59,648 nucleotides of DNA from a virus (taxonomy: Duplodnaviria; Caudoviricetes): positions 1-59,648 of the IMG/VR virus record IMGVR_UViG_3300037264_000296. One strand, written 5' to 3'. A program made the translations under genes and the position numbers. The notes under the pieces are model-generated. The model had not been told where the DNA came from. It saw only the letters and a list, made by a program, of their open reading frames with translations, and made no database searches. Below are positions 31,272 through 41,896 of the stretch, piece after piece. Every line of letters starts with the position of its first letter. Position 1 is the stretch's first letter.

Positions 31272-32382
31272 TCTCTTTCCTCTTTTTAAGTTCTGTTGAT
31301 ACTGTTTCCAGTATTTGTTGTTTAGTTAAATTATTCATAAGAGGGATGGCAACATCCCACGTTTTAAACACTTCTAAGTTGCTCCCTAATTTAACTATAT
31401 CGTGCTGTAGCTCAGGTAAATCACACCATTGCATACATTCTATTAGATTATTATTTACGAAGCTTAAACAGCCAATAGAATCAGTACAGAGTATATATGC
31501 AGCATCATGTATCATTGCACATATTTGAATTTCATGCCTGTACTCTGAATCATATACGCGTTGCATAAATTCAATTACAGCTCTTAATAATAACTGTCCA
31601 TAACTTTGACCACCTATCATATTACCTGCTGTTCTTGATTCAGCAGCAGCTTCTCTAGGAGTATTTCTTTCACCTAACATACATTGATGAAGTATTGGTG
31701 TACGAAGTCTTAAACCAAATGCACTTGTTACATACCCATCTTTAGTTGCTTGGATTAGTTTATCTTGAGTCCATTGATCTGATACTTTGTATAGTTCATG
31801 GTAATTGGTTTCAATTGCCTTAGCTTCATTTACAGGAATACCACAGTTATTAACTAACGTAGCGAAACTACCCATATAAGTAAGTGCAAATGTGATTGGT
31901 TTAGATGCTTGTCTATATTTAGGGTATTTATCTTTAATACTGTTAATAGATTCTTTTGTATCAACAATATCTGTTAATTTATCTTTGTAATAATAGGCTG
32001 TGTTAAAACAATGTGAGTCTAAATCTTCAATTAAAGGTCTTAATTTATTTGGGTCTTTAGTAATTAAAGCATTAATCACGCTCTCTAAAGATGAATAATC
32101 AGCTCCACAATAAATCATTCCTTTAGGTGAAGGAAAACATTTCTTAATAATCTTTCCATACACAGAATTACTAGGAATAGTCATTAACAATGGACTACTC
32201 ATTCTTCCTGATACTGTACCTCCTAATTTAAAACTAGAATGAAGATAGTAATTACCATCTTCTTTCTGTATTGATTGTTTATAAAAAGTATTAATGAACG
32301 TCCCAAGTATTTTTTCTACTTGAGACAATTCAATTAAAGCATTTAATAGTTTACATATTTGTATGGCTTCTTGTCGTGTCAT
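31258..32382 (-). CDS. Family A DNA polymerase, C-terminal (palm/fingers) part
   Basis: GTVSGRMSS, motif A GADYSSLE, motif B RQASKPITFALTYMG, motif C MIHDA. Confidence 0.9.
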   Translation of the reverse strand: MTRQEAIQICKLLNALIELSQVEKILGTFINTFYKQSIQKEDGNYYLHSSFKLGGTVSGRMSSPLLMTIPSNSVYGKIIKKCFPSPKGMIYCGADYSSLESVINALITKDPNKLRPLIEDLDSHCFNTAYYYKDKLTDIVDTKESINSIKDKYPKYRQASKPITFALTYMGSFATLVNNCGIPVNEAKAIETNYHELYKVSDQWTQDKLIQATKDGYVTSAFGLRLRTPILHQCMLGERNTPREAAAESRTAGNMIGGQSYGQLLLRAVIEFMQRVYDSEYRHEIQICAMIHDAAYILCTDSIGCLSFVNNNLIECMQWCDLPELQHDIVKLGSNLEVFKTWDVAIPLMNNLTKQQILETVSTELKKRKENESN

Positions 32383-34420
32383 TACATATTAGCTAGAGTT
32401 GCTGCAATATCACTAAGCTGATTAGCTTTCTTTCTTTCTTCAGATACTAAATTATCTAATGTAGTTTCTAAAGATTTAATTTGTTTAGCTTTCTCAGTAT
32501 AAGTAATATCTTTAATTTTATTGTCAATATCGTTAATCCAATTTACTATGTTATACCCAGCTAATTGTAGTTCTACTGGTATATCTACTAAAGTAGATCT
32601 AATAGCGTATAAGTCTATTAAAGACAATGTAAGAATATTGTATTCTTGATTTAACAAAGTAAATTTACATGAAGTTATTGGTTTAAATACTTCACGTTTA
32701 TTTTCTTCTTTAAGTTTAGTTATCTTAGCTTTTAATGTATCAATTACATCATCTGTGTTTGTTTCTTTATTCATGGTATCTTTGTCCTGTAGTTAAATAT
32801 TGTTCAAGCCAGTAAGGTTTTATTCTATTGTAAAAATCTTCTATTGTTTCAAAAGTGTATTGTTTATTTTGATAGTTACCATTCCATCTACAATTGTAAA
32901 CCAATTCATTTTCATGTGTTATAGGTCTAATTTCTTCATTACTATTTAAACTATCTGACCTTACTTTTGGTTTATGATTCCAATAACATTTAGCTAATTC
33001 TTTTGTAACTTCTTTGAATCCTTCTAAAGTATAATAATGTTTAATTGTTTTACTAGAATCAATCTTATACCAGTTACTATCTGCTTCAAATTTTAATCTA
33101 GCTTCCACATAATTCTCATATATCTCTTCTACAGAAGAAACTAATAATTTATTTACTGAAGCAAAATGTTTTACATAGCAATACTTAGAAGATTCTTTTG
33201 GATCTATAAATACAAATCTAGGTTTTACATTATCATAAGAAGTCCCTGACTGCCTTCCCATATAGATTAGTTTTAAACCTTTATTAGTAGTGTATGAAAA
33301 TCCTATTTGTAATTCTTTTGGTTTAATCCAATCAAATGCTTTATTAAATAAAACATTTGATTGTTGTTTCCATACTTTATAATCAGGAGAGCTAATAGGT
33401 ATTAACCATAAATCTGTTCCTTCCCATCCATATACGAATTCACCTTCTAACCCCTTGCCTTTAATAGAGTTAGTATTCTCTAAGATAAATAATAAATTAG
33501 GGATTGTAATTTCAAATTCAAATCCTCTAGGATCAAATACTCTTGTGTATGTTGCTCTATGATTCCAATCTGATTTATATCCGCCTACTTTCTTATTTAA
33601 TACAAAACCTTCTGTAGGTTCATTATTAAAATCATTTGGTTCAATAGATTTACTTCTCCATGAATTCCATGAAGGTTCTTTTCTTACTTTACCTAATTGG
33701 TCTAAGTAAATTATGTAGGCAAGTTTACCTGTGTAAGTATCTTTTCTTTCTTGATACCCTACTTTAAGTTGTTGTGGTATGAACAATTAATTCCTCCTCT
33801 GCTAACCTAGCTCTCATGTAAATATGGTTTACTATTTCAATATTCTTTTTAATCCAATCAATATCTTGTATTTGAATTGTAAAATCTACATCATCTTGAG
33901 TAAGATGTGTAAAGTCATTACATATATGTTCATAGTAATGACCAAATTCTGAATCTAACACATACCCTAAACATTCAGCAATATTACTCATTTACTTCCT
34001 CTTCACTATGCATGTGTATATCATGCTCAGTAGTATATTGTAATTCTTCAGATACTGCATGTATAAAAGGTATAAATTTAGGAAATGATCTTATTGCTGC
34101 TACAAATATTGTAGGATCATTCTCTTCTAAAGCATCTTGTAAAGCTAAAGGTAATAACTCTAAAGGGTTCTTAGTATCTACTTGTTTCCAATTAATCATT
34201 CTATTTCCTCTTCAAATAATTCACCAGTATTTACAAATACAGTAAGTAAAGGAATTAGTTTTTTAACCTGTTGTTGTGATAAATGCATTCTTGAATCTTC
34301 TACTCCTAACCATATTCTGTCTTCATTTGCTGATGATGATTTTTGTAAACTACAATTATCACCATAGCAATCTTTAAAGGAATATAGTAAGAATCCTCTG
34401 CTTGTTGTTGTTTTATTCAT
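32382..34420 (-). CDS. Five hypothetical genes between the polymerase halves (130, 339, 75, 71, 74 aa)
   Basis: ORF track; translationally coupled; no homing endonuclease motif seen. Confidence 0.65.
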
Positions 34421-36027
34421 TCCATTCCCTCTTCTTCAAATAATTCAGGAATAAATTCTGTTAAAGTTAATTCCTCCGGTTTAATATCAAATTCAGCTAT
34501 AAGCTGATTCATTTTCTTCTTAATTACTTTTGTACCTGTTGCTGGTTGTTTAGTATCAGTATAATCAGTTACTTCTAAACCAAGATAGTTATACAGTAAA
34601 TGTTGTAAGTGTCTACCTGAACCAGGATTAAACTTTAACTTATGAAACTCTACAATATCTTTAGTCTTAATCTTCTTAGTTTTAGATTTAGATAATCTAT
34701 CTTCATAATCCTTACGCCAAGCTAACTCAATTAATTCATTCTCTACATAAACAATTAAAGGATTAGATTCAACCTCTTTAATCATTGTATTCTTAGTTTG
34801 AGTAAGTTCTTTTTCAGTTACTTTAACTTGTTCAATATCAATACATAAACCAGTTAATTCCATACCAATTACTATTCTAATACTTGGTTTAAAGATAGTT
34901 TCATAAACACTTAACTGATCATCCTTAATCATTATTGGCTCATATTTTTCTTTTACATACCATGTTGCACATGTATCGTACAAGTTATATTCAAGTAATT
35001 GTTGCTTAGGAATTAATCTAATATCGTTAATATCCTCTTGTGCATAAGAACCAGTAAAATTATGTGATAATGGTTTTAAACCTAATACATTACCTGCACA
35101 TGAGTTAGTTGCTAAATAAGCAATTAACATAGTGTCATCAATGTTTCTAGTTAATATATCTAATCCGTAGGTTAAACCAACTTTATCTAATTTATTCTCC
35201 ATAAACAGTTCATAAACAAGTATCTTGAGGTCATAACACAATCCATGTCCTATTAGCTTACCTTTATAGTTTATAAAGAATTCTTTGAGTAATCGTTTTA
35301 TTTTAGAATTATTGCATTTAAACCCTCTTCCTGTTTCATTAAAATCTATAATTTCAGATTCATAATCAACACAAAATGCAATACCATTATGTTCATCCCA
35401 ATTAAATGCGATAGTTCCTATTCCAGCATTCCAGAAGTTTAATGAGAATGCTTCCAAATCTATTGTTAATTCAGGATATTGATGTAAGCTTTCTAATGCT
35501 AAAGTAATCTCTTCATAAGTCTCAGGGTATTGAGCTGAATGAATTACATTCTTACCTATATCATTTTCTAAACCAAGTGTATGATTACTTAATGTAGTTA
35601 ATGATAAATCAATCTTATTTTGTAATTTATTATCATAAAACAATGCTTGATAGTTAATAGATAGAATACAATTAAACTCTTCATACCCTTTAATCATACA
35701 AGGAAATACATATCCATAACTAGATTCTACTTTAGTCAGTTTACATAATTGTTTAAAGTATTCACTACTTGCTACTAATAAAGTAGTAATACCTAATGAT
35801 TTAAGTGCTGGTAATAGTTTAGTAAGATACTCTTTACATTGTGTAGCTGTAACTTTGTTATTAAAGTAATCCAAAGAAAATGTAATAATACTTTCTTTAT
35901 CAGCACCTAATTTAACTAAAGGATTAATATAGTGTTTAAGAATGTTTTCTTGATTTAGACTACTTTCTTTAATTAGTATTGCTATTCTCAGTTGGTTTGG
36001 TGTTTGAGATGTTTGAATGTGTTTCAT
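34417..36027 (-). CDS. Family A DNA polymerase, N-terminal part (N4-type N-domain, 3'-5' exonuclease, start of thumb)
   Basis: ExoI IDLEAF, ExoII HGLCYD, ExoIII YNLYD, FNPGSGRHL, TDTKQPATG. Confidence 0.9.
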   Translation of the reverse strand: MKHIQTSQTPNQLRIAILIKESSLNQENILKHYINPLVKLGADKESIITFSLDYFNNKVTATQCKEYLTKLLPALKSLGITTLLVASSEYFKQLCKLTKVESSYGYVFPCMIKGYEEFNCILSINYQALFYDNKLQNKIDLSLTTLSNHTLGLENDIGKNVIHSAQYPETYEEITLALESLHQYPELTIDLEAFSLNFWNAGIGTIAFNWDEHNGIAFCVDYESEIIDFNETGRGFKCNNSKIKRLLKEFFINYKGKLIGHGLCYDLKILVYELFMENKLDKVGLTYGLDILTRNIDDTMLIAYLATNSCAGNVLGLKPLSHNFTGSYAQEDINDIRLIPKQQLLEYNLYDTCATWYVKEKYEPIMIKDDQLSVYETIFKPSIRIVIGMELTGLCIDIEQVKVTEKELTQTKNTMIKEVESNPLIVYVENELIELAWRKDYEDRLSKSKTKKIKTKDIVEFHKLKFNPGSGRHLQHLLYNYLGLEVTDYTDTKQPATGTKVIKKKMNQLIAEFDIKPEELTLTEFIPELFEEEGME

Positions 36028-37645
36028 AAAATTTTGATAATGGTTCTATTAAATCTATTTCTTTTAATTCTACAATCCATGTTCTAAATGAATCATAGGT
36101 GTATTCAATACCATCACATCTTCTCCACCATGTATTAGATTTTTTACTAATACACTCCCAGTGAGTTAAATTATTTTCTATAAGTAATTCTTTCATTTAT
36201 TACTCCAACATGTTAAGTAAGTAGATTTCTTTTATCTCTTCTAATATACGAATATTATTATTAAGATAATCTTGTATTGGTTTAGGTACTTCAGTATGTT
36301 TCTTTATATCTCTAATATTCACAGATTTAATTTGGTAAAATAAGAAATCTGGAATAACTGCAATACAATCTTCTAAGCAATAACATAAGTTAAATCCATT
36401 ATTAATATAATTAAAATGAATCGTGTTGTAAAGATATTGATACTTCGTAGTCTTTACAAGCTTTTTCTGTTTGAAAAATACTTCCATCTTCTGCTTGCCA
36501 TACTTGTTTCATTTTATTCTCCAAATATTTGTTTACCAAATTTAAGTATTTCAGTTAAGTTAAGTTTATGACAACCTACTGTAAGTATGTTATTCTCAAT
36601 TGATAACACTCTAAATTGTTCTATCTTTAAACCAATAACATCTTCTTTATTACTTAATTTTTCATACAACTCTTTTACTTTATCTTTATGAAGCTTAATT
36701 CCTAAAGTAGTTTCAATACATTCAGTTTTAGAGTTATATCTTAATCTGGTTAAACCTGAATAGTTATAACAATTATCTATTTCAAAGTTTAGCCATTTAA
36801 TTAACTGTTCATCTCCTTTAAGTTTACGGATAACAGCTTCAGCTTCTTCTTTAGCTTTACGTTTAGCTTGTTTCTCTTCTTGTTTCTTAAACCAATCTTG
36901 AGAAATATAATCTTCTGGTTTAAACTCATATTCTATGAACTGATAATCCTTTAAACTAATTTGTTCAGGATATAAGTCAGCTAATTTGATGATATTTCTA
37001 GCTTCTTGGTTTGCACTGCTTAAGTAATGTAATTTATTACTTGTAGCTCTAGGTATTTTAGAAAGACATTCTTTAATCTTACCGATACTTCTTTGGATTA
37101 ATACTCTAGGAGTTTGTTTAGGATCTTCTACATAAATTCTAATGTAGTTATTTGGTACAGCTCTTGATAATAAAGATTGCTGTTTACTTGTTGTGTTTGA
37201 ATATGTATTACTGTTTAAAAGAATATACGTTTGATTATCATGTACTTCTTTCTTGGCTAACATGAAATGATAACCATAAGAATAGATTTCATTTCCTTTA
37301 GCAAATACATTAGAACTTCTTCCTTTAAATGATTCATCACCATACATAAATGCATGAAATAAATCTATTTGAGATTTGTATGTTTTAATCATTTATTCTC
37401 TCCAAGAATTGTTTATGTAATTGTGTCTCAACTTCTTCTATATAATCTTCTTGGGTTAATAGGTTAAGTAATTCATGTCCAGTATTAGCTATCCATTCTA
37501 ATTCTTCTGGTTCACTAGGAAAACATCTTTCAGGTTCTCCAAAGTATCTTCCAGGAATCTTAGGAATAAATACTGTTACTGTAATAGGTATTCCTGAAAT
37601 TCCTTTTAAGGATACTAAGTAATTACCTATCACTTTGTACACCAA
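35969..37645 (-). CDS. Four hypothetical proteins (75, 95, 292, 86 aa)
   Basis: ORF track only. Confidence 0.55.
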
Positions 37646-37720
37646 TAGATGATTAATACTATTGATACGATTACTATTGTTTGTATAAATTCTTTCATGT
37701 TATCTCCTAAATTTTAGACA

Positions 37721-37759
37721 ATAAAAAACCTAAGCAATATTTCTACTACTTAGGTTTAT
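37721..37759 (-). terminator. Intrinsic terminator
   Basis: AAACCTAAG/CTTAGGTTT stem with T run on the minus strand. Confidence 0.6.
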
Positions 37760-37977
37760 GGTTTACTAAGATGCAACACTTACTTTGTAAGTTTTCTTTT
37801 GATTGCAAATACTTATTCACATCGACAATATTCTTTCATTCATTCCACCCATTCAGTTTGAATTACTTGTTTATTGTTGGAGGTAAAACTTATAGGACTA
37901 ATATATTACTGATGCATAAGCTGTACTGATATTATCCCCTCTGAAGTACGATGGGTCATGCTCTCATTACTGAGTTG

Positions 37978-39258
37978 TTAAATAAATACAAACCATCTGT
38001 GATGAATTACTTCATGCAATGTAATTTCTTTACTTGCATCTTTAACAGTTTTACCTGTAGCTCTTGCTTCATTTCTTGTTTTAAATGATTGCACAGCTTT
38101 ACCATTAACAGTTTCTTTTGGTTTATGTTGTACAGGAACAGGTGATTTAGTAGGAGTTGTTTTACCTTTAACAGCAGGTAATTCAACTACACCATTAGCA
38201 TTCTTCTTTGGTTCATCATACTGATGTAAATCTTCTTCTGTAAATGGTACACCAATTTCTTCCCAATACAATACACCAGAACCTCTTGGAAGTAATCTGT
38301 TGTAACTTGTACTTTGAATAAATACATCATAGTTACCGTGATCTCCAGGATGTAATCTTACATTCTGAATTTTAGATAAACCAAGCATATCTCTTGCATT
38401 GTTACCTGCAAATACTTTACCTGTAGTTCTGTCTCTAATAAGGATTAACTTACTAGGTTGAACTTTTGCTTCTGTTTTAATCAATTGATAGAATGCAGAA
38501 CCTTTAAGGAATTTCATTCTATGTTCAAGAATGAATGGCATAATTTCAGTACGAGTATATTTTTCAATATCAGGTACGACATATAAAGATACTTTTGAAG
38601 TAATATCTTCTAATTGTTTAGTATCTACATTTTCTGTTGAAGAATAGAAACTTGATGATGATTTAACTCCAGAATTTCTTTGTTTAAAGTAAGTAGTTAA
38701 GGCTTGTTCATTAGCTTGTGTAGCTTTTTCCATACCTTCAGAAGTAGTATCCCAAATTTGAATATTACCTTTAGGAATACCTAATCTATTCAAACCAGAT
38801 TTAGCAGTTGGTACTCGGCATACAATAGTCCATCTATCATCTAAAGATTTAATAATAGATGTTAAATCTGAGTGTTTAATACGAGAACTATTTTCTTCTC
38901 CGTCTGTTGTAATCATTAATAAGAATGATACATGTTGTTCTAAAGAATCAGGTAACGAATTCATTAAGTTAATAGCTTCATTAATGCTATCGAATAAAGG
39001 TGTTCCACATCCTGCAATCCAATCAGTAATTGGTAATAATACATGAGGATTAGAGTTTACAACTGTTCTTGTAATATCGTGATTACTTCTAGCTCCAAAA
39101 TCAATAACAGACACAATAGTATCTAATTTCTCTTGGTTTGCTGCATTAACTACAGCACTAATATTTCTGTTGTAATCTTTAACTGCTGCCATTCTTAAAT
39201 CACACATACTTCCTGAATGATCATTAATAAAGCAGATATATTGCTTATTTTGTTTCAT
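37978..39258 (-). CDS. von Willebrand factor A domain protein
   Basis: MIDAS DHSGSM, TPLFDSI, ITTDGEEN. Confidence 0.85.
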   Translation of the reverse strand: MKQNKQYICFINDHSGSMCDLRMAAVKDYNRNISAVVNAANQEKLDTIVSVIDFGARSNHDITRTVVNSNPHVLLPITDWIAGCGTPLFDSINEAINLMNSLPDSLEQHVSFLLMITTDGEENSSRIKHSDLTSIIKSLDDRWTIVCRVPTAKSGLNRLGIPKGNIQIWDTTSEGMEKATQANEQALTTYFKQRNSGVKSSSSFYSSTENVDTKQLEDITSKVSLYVVPDIEKYTRTEIMPFILEHRMKFLKGSAFYQLIKTEAKVQPSKLILIRDRTTGKVFAGNNARDMLGLSKIQNVRLHPGDHGNYDVFIQSTSYNRLLPRGSGVLYWEEIGVPFTEEDLHQYDEPKKNANGVVELPAVKGKTTPTKSPVPVQHKPKETVNGKAVQSFKTRNEARATGKTVKDASKEITLHEVIHHRWFVFI

Positions 39259-39299
39259 GGTTCTCTCTTGTGAATAACATAGTTTCTTAGGCTATGGAT

Positions 39300-39341
39300 A
39301 AAAAAAAAAAAATCCCCTATAGAGTCAACTATAGAGGATTT
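39300..39341 (-). terminator. Intrinsic terminator
   Basis: AAATCC.CTATAG/CTATAG.GGATTT stem followed by a long T run on the minus strand. Confidence 0.7.
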
Positions 39342-39347
39342 AGTATA

Positions 39348-39622
39348 AATTATAGTAAAAGACTATATTTTGTTCTTGTAAATGTATTTATTCGCGATTC
39401 AATACAAACTACTCACCATTAACTGAACCAGGTTATATTTTCATGGTTGATCAATTTCCACATAGTTTTATGGATATAGTCTTTTAATATAATTATAAAG
39501 AAGTGTTATTGGTTTCCTTAACGCCCGTACAATAATACCTTGTGCACAAGTAATATTCCCATAGTGTAAGTGAGTCAGTTAGCGTCCCAATTCAATGCAG
39601 TCAATAACACTTCCATATAATT
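39348..39622. ncRNA. Two tandem candidate structured RNAs closed by ~21-bp stems
   Basis: AATTATA-nn-AAAAGACTATAT...ATATAGTCTTTT-nn-TATAATT and AATTATA-nn-GAAGTGTTATTG...CAATAACACTTC-nn-TATAATT; no ORF in track. Confidence 0.5.
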
Positions 39623-39660
39623 GATACTTTTTTATAGTAGAGTATCTAACTACTTATTAT

Positions 39661-39810
39661 TTAACCTTTAGATTTATTTCTTGCTAAAGATTGTTCATAT
39701 CTTGTTCTACCTTTAGAACCTTGAGTCATGTATCTAGTTCTAGCAGAGAAGTAATTCTTTCTTGAACTACCTGTTTTTTGTTTACTTCCTTTACGACTTG
39801 CTTTACTCAT
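39661..39810 (-). CDS. 49-aa highly basic peptide (not in ORF track)
   Basis: MSKASRKGSKQKTGSSRKNYFSARTRYMTQGSKGRTRYEQSLARNKSKG; ATG overlaps upstream stop. Confidence 0.55.
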   Translation of the reverse strand: MSKASRKGSKQKTGSSRKNYFSARTRYMTQGSKGRTRYEQSLARNKSKG

Positions 39811-40378
39811 TATAATTTTACTCCAAAAATAATTTCTTCATCTTCTTCACGAATTTCTAATCTACGAATTTCCCAATCTAAAGTAGATTTAAATTCATTA
39901 GATAGCTCACCAGTAGAAGCATTATAATATTTAAAAGCTTCAGGTAATACTTTTACAACTTGTAAGTTAGTAGAGTATTCTTGCGTTTTAATTAAATCAC
40001 CTTCTTTCACATCAGACTCTGTGTTAAAAGAATATCGCTTATTTTTAGCAATATCTTTCTTAGATTCTAATTTTGAGTTAGTATAAATTACTAATATTGT
40101 TTTCATTTTAATTCTCTTTAAGTTAAGTTAAGTTAAATTTATCTTTTTTTAGGATAACCATCACCTTTATTTTTAGGTGGTCGTGAACCATAATGTGTTT
40201 TCTTGTTTTTAGCAAAATCTTTATGATCCTTACCTTTACTAACAATACCTCCATGAATATCTCTGAATGCTTTAGCATCCATTTTATTATCAAAAGGTGT
40301 TCCGTTTACTGTAAATAAACATTTCATAGAATAATCTCCGTGTTTTAAAAATAAAGATAGTTCTTTCCTATCTGTCAC
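39810..40378 (-). CDS. Two hypothetical proteins (39810-40106, 40139-~40330)
   Basis: ORF track. Confidence 0.55.
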
Positions 40379-40431
40379 AATTTAAGCTCTTAGTTTGAGT
40401 TTTTTCAAAACAAAGTGCGAAGCACTTCAGG

Positions 40432-41032
40432 TTATTTAATAGGACACACTCCATTTACACATTCACCAGAATCTATTTCATTATCATTAGAATCTAAATT
40501 CGGTAATACAAATTCTTTTAACGTTGAAACATATTCTTCGTACATTTCTTTAGTAACCACTTCTTGTGGTAAATAAGCATAGCCTAAATCTTGTGCTGTT
40601 TTAGTTGGATCAGCTTTATATAGAAAACTTACTCCTACATAAATATCCCAATTAGCTAATAACCAATTAATAATATCTTTTACTTCTTTTGGTTCATAAG
40701 AAATAGTACAAGATACATTTTGTTGACACCAATGTACTTGATACTTCTTATATCTTTCTAATTGATCTATAGCTGTTTCAGTGTTAAGTTCTACAGTTCC
40801 TTTATCTGTTTTAACTTTAGTAAATGGTACATTATCCCATTTAGCTGGAAATGCTACTAAGATTCCTTCTGGATCAGATGGATTAGGGTAAACTTTATAG
40901 TTCGCTTCTCTTAATGCAGGTAATAAAGGGTCATGTTTACCAAAGTTAATATTGTTAAAAATGTATTTTCCTAATGGTGCATTTACTCCTTCAGTACATT
41001 GAAAAACTTTACTTAGTGTACCTGATGGTTTA
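40432..41032 (-). CDS. nrdJ: Class II ribonucleotide reductase, exon 2
   Basis: Resumes KPSGTLSK...QQNVSCTISY...YLPQEVV...ECVNGVCPIK-stop; absent from ORF track because it has no start codon. Confidence 0.9.
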
Positions 41033-41896
41033 CGTTTATATTCAACTAAGTTCGTTAGACTTAGCTCGTTTTAAAAGTCTATAATAATGTGTTTTACTTA
41101 TACCATATTTCTTATTTGCAGCAGTAAATCCTATTTCTAACGGATTTAATTCTGGATATGTAGGAATTTTTCTTTTATTACATTCACTAAAGAATTTTTT
41201 ATTTTCTTCTGAATGTTTCATTCCTAATGCTGGTTTTCTTCCATGTCTTTTTATAGATAATTTTTTTTGCCATTCTTCTTTTTGTGCTTCAGGTATTATA
41301 TAACCACCTTCACCACCATCAGCTAAGTTTAACAAATTCCAATTATTTTTTCTTCCAAAAGAAATCCAGTATTTTTCTGCTAAACAACACTCTTCCTTAG
41401 TTAAAAAAGAGTTTCGTAAACAGATGATAAAATTATCTATACCATGTTTACGCATACAATCATATAAAGGTGATTTCTTACCTTTTAAAGCCGAACTTTT
41501 ATGTTGTATTAATCTTGTATTTAAGTTGTTTTTAGTCATACCTATATACATGCGATTAGTTTCAGCTGAAACTAAAAAATATATGTTATACATTATTTAT
41601 TCTTATAAACTGCTTATACTTTCATATAAGACTAGACTATATCATCATCCTCATTTGTAGGATGTTCTGTACTTCCACCCACTTGAGTGTACTCCTTAAA
41701 AGGATAGTCGTTGAACCTTCAAAAGTAACTGCATTATATCACTATGTTAAACCTAATGGTACAGTTATTTAAGCTTGGCTGCTGATTGCCCAATCTTTAC
41801 AATTATTACTCTTTGGTATGTAAAGCTCTAAGGGTGTTCCAGCAATTCACAGAATTTTCTTACATAAATTACTTTATGTAGGTGCTATATTAATTA
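41033..41896 (-). mobile_element. Group I intron in nrdJ (864 nt)
   Basis: P/Q/R/S-like elements AATTGCTGGAA, AATCAGCAG, CAACGACTA, GATATAGTCT; exon ends in U pairing with G in AGCAC; intron ends in G; splicing restores TCV-KPSGT in frame. Confidence 0.9.
41042..41593 (-). CDS. Intron-encoded GIY-YIG homing endonuclease
   Basis: NIYFL...MYIG...RLIQH...E...LLNLADGG; NUMOD3-like GMKHSEENKK. Confidence 0.9.
   Translation of the reverse strand: MYNIYFLVSAETNRMYIGMTKNNLNTRLIQHKSSALKGKKSPLYDCMRKHGIDNFIICLRNSFLTKEECCLAEKYWISFGRKNNWNLLNLADGGEGGYIIPEAQKEEWQKKLSIKRHGRKPALGMKHSEENKKFFSECNKRKIPTYPELNPLEIGFTAANKKYGISKTHYYRLLKRAKSNELS

Noticed and set aside
32382-34420. Intron or split intein joining the polymerase halves
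   Set aside because: No group I core elements, no intein terminal residues, and the spacer is fully coding
37978-39258. Ro60/TROVE plus Y RNA system
   Set aside because: vWA domain is N-terminal with no TROVE domain; flanking RNAs show no tRNA-like T arm
39300-39312. A13 run as a phase-variable tract
   Set aside because: Intergenic and explained as the terminator U tail
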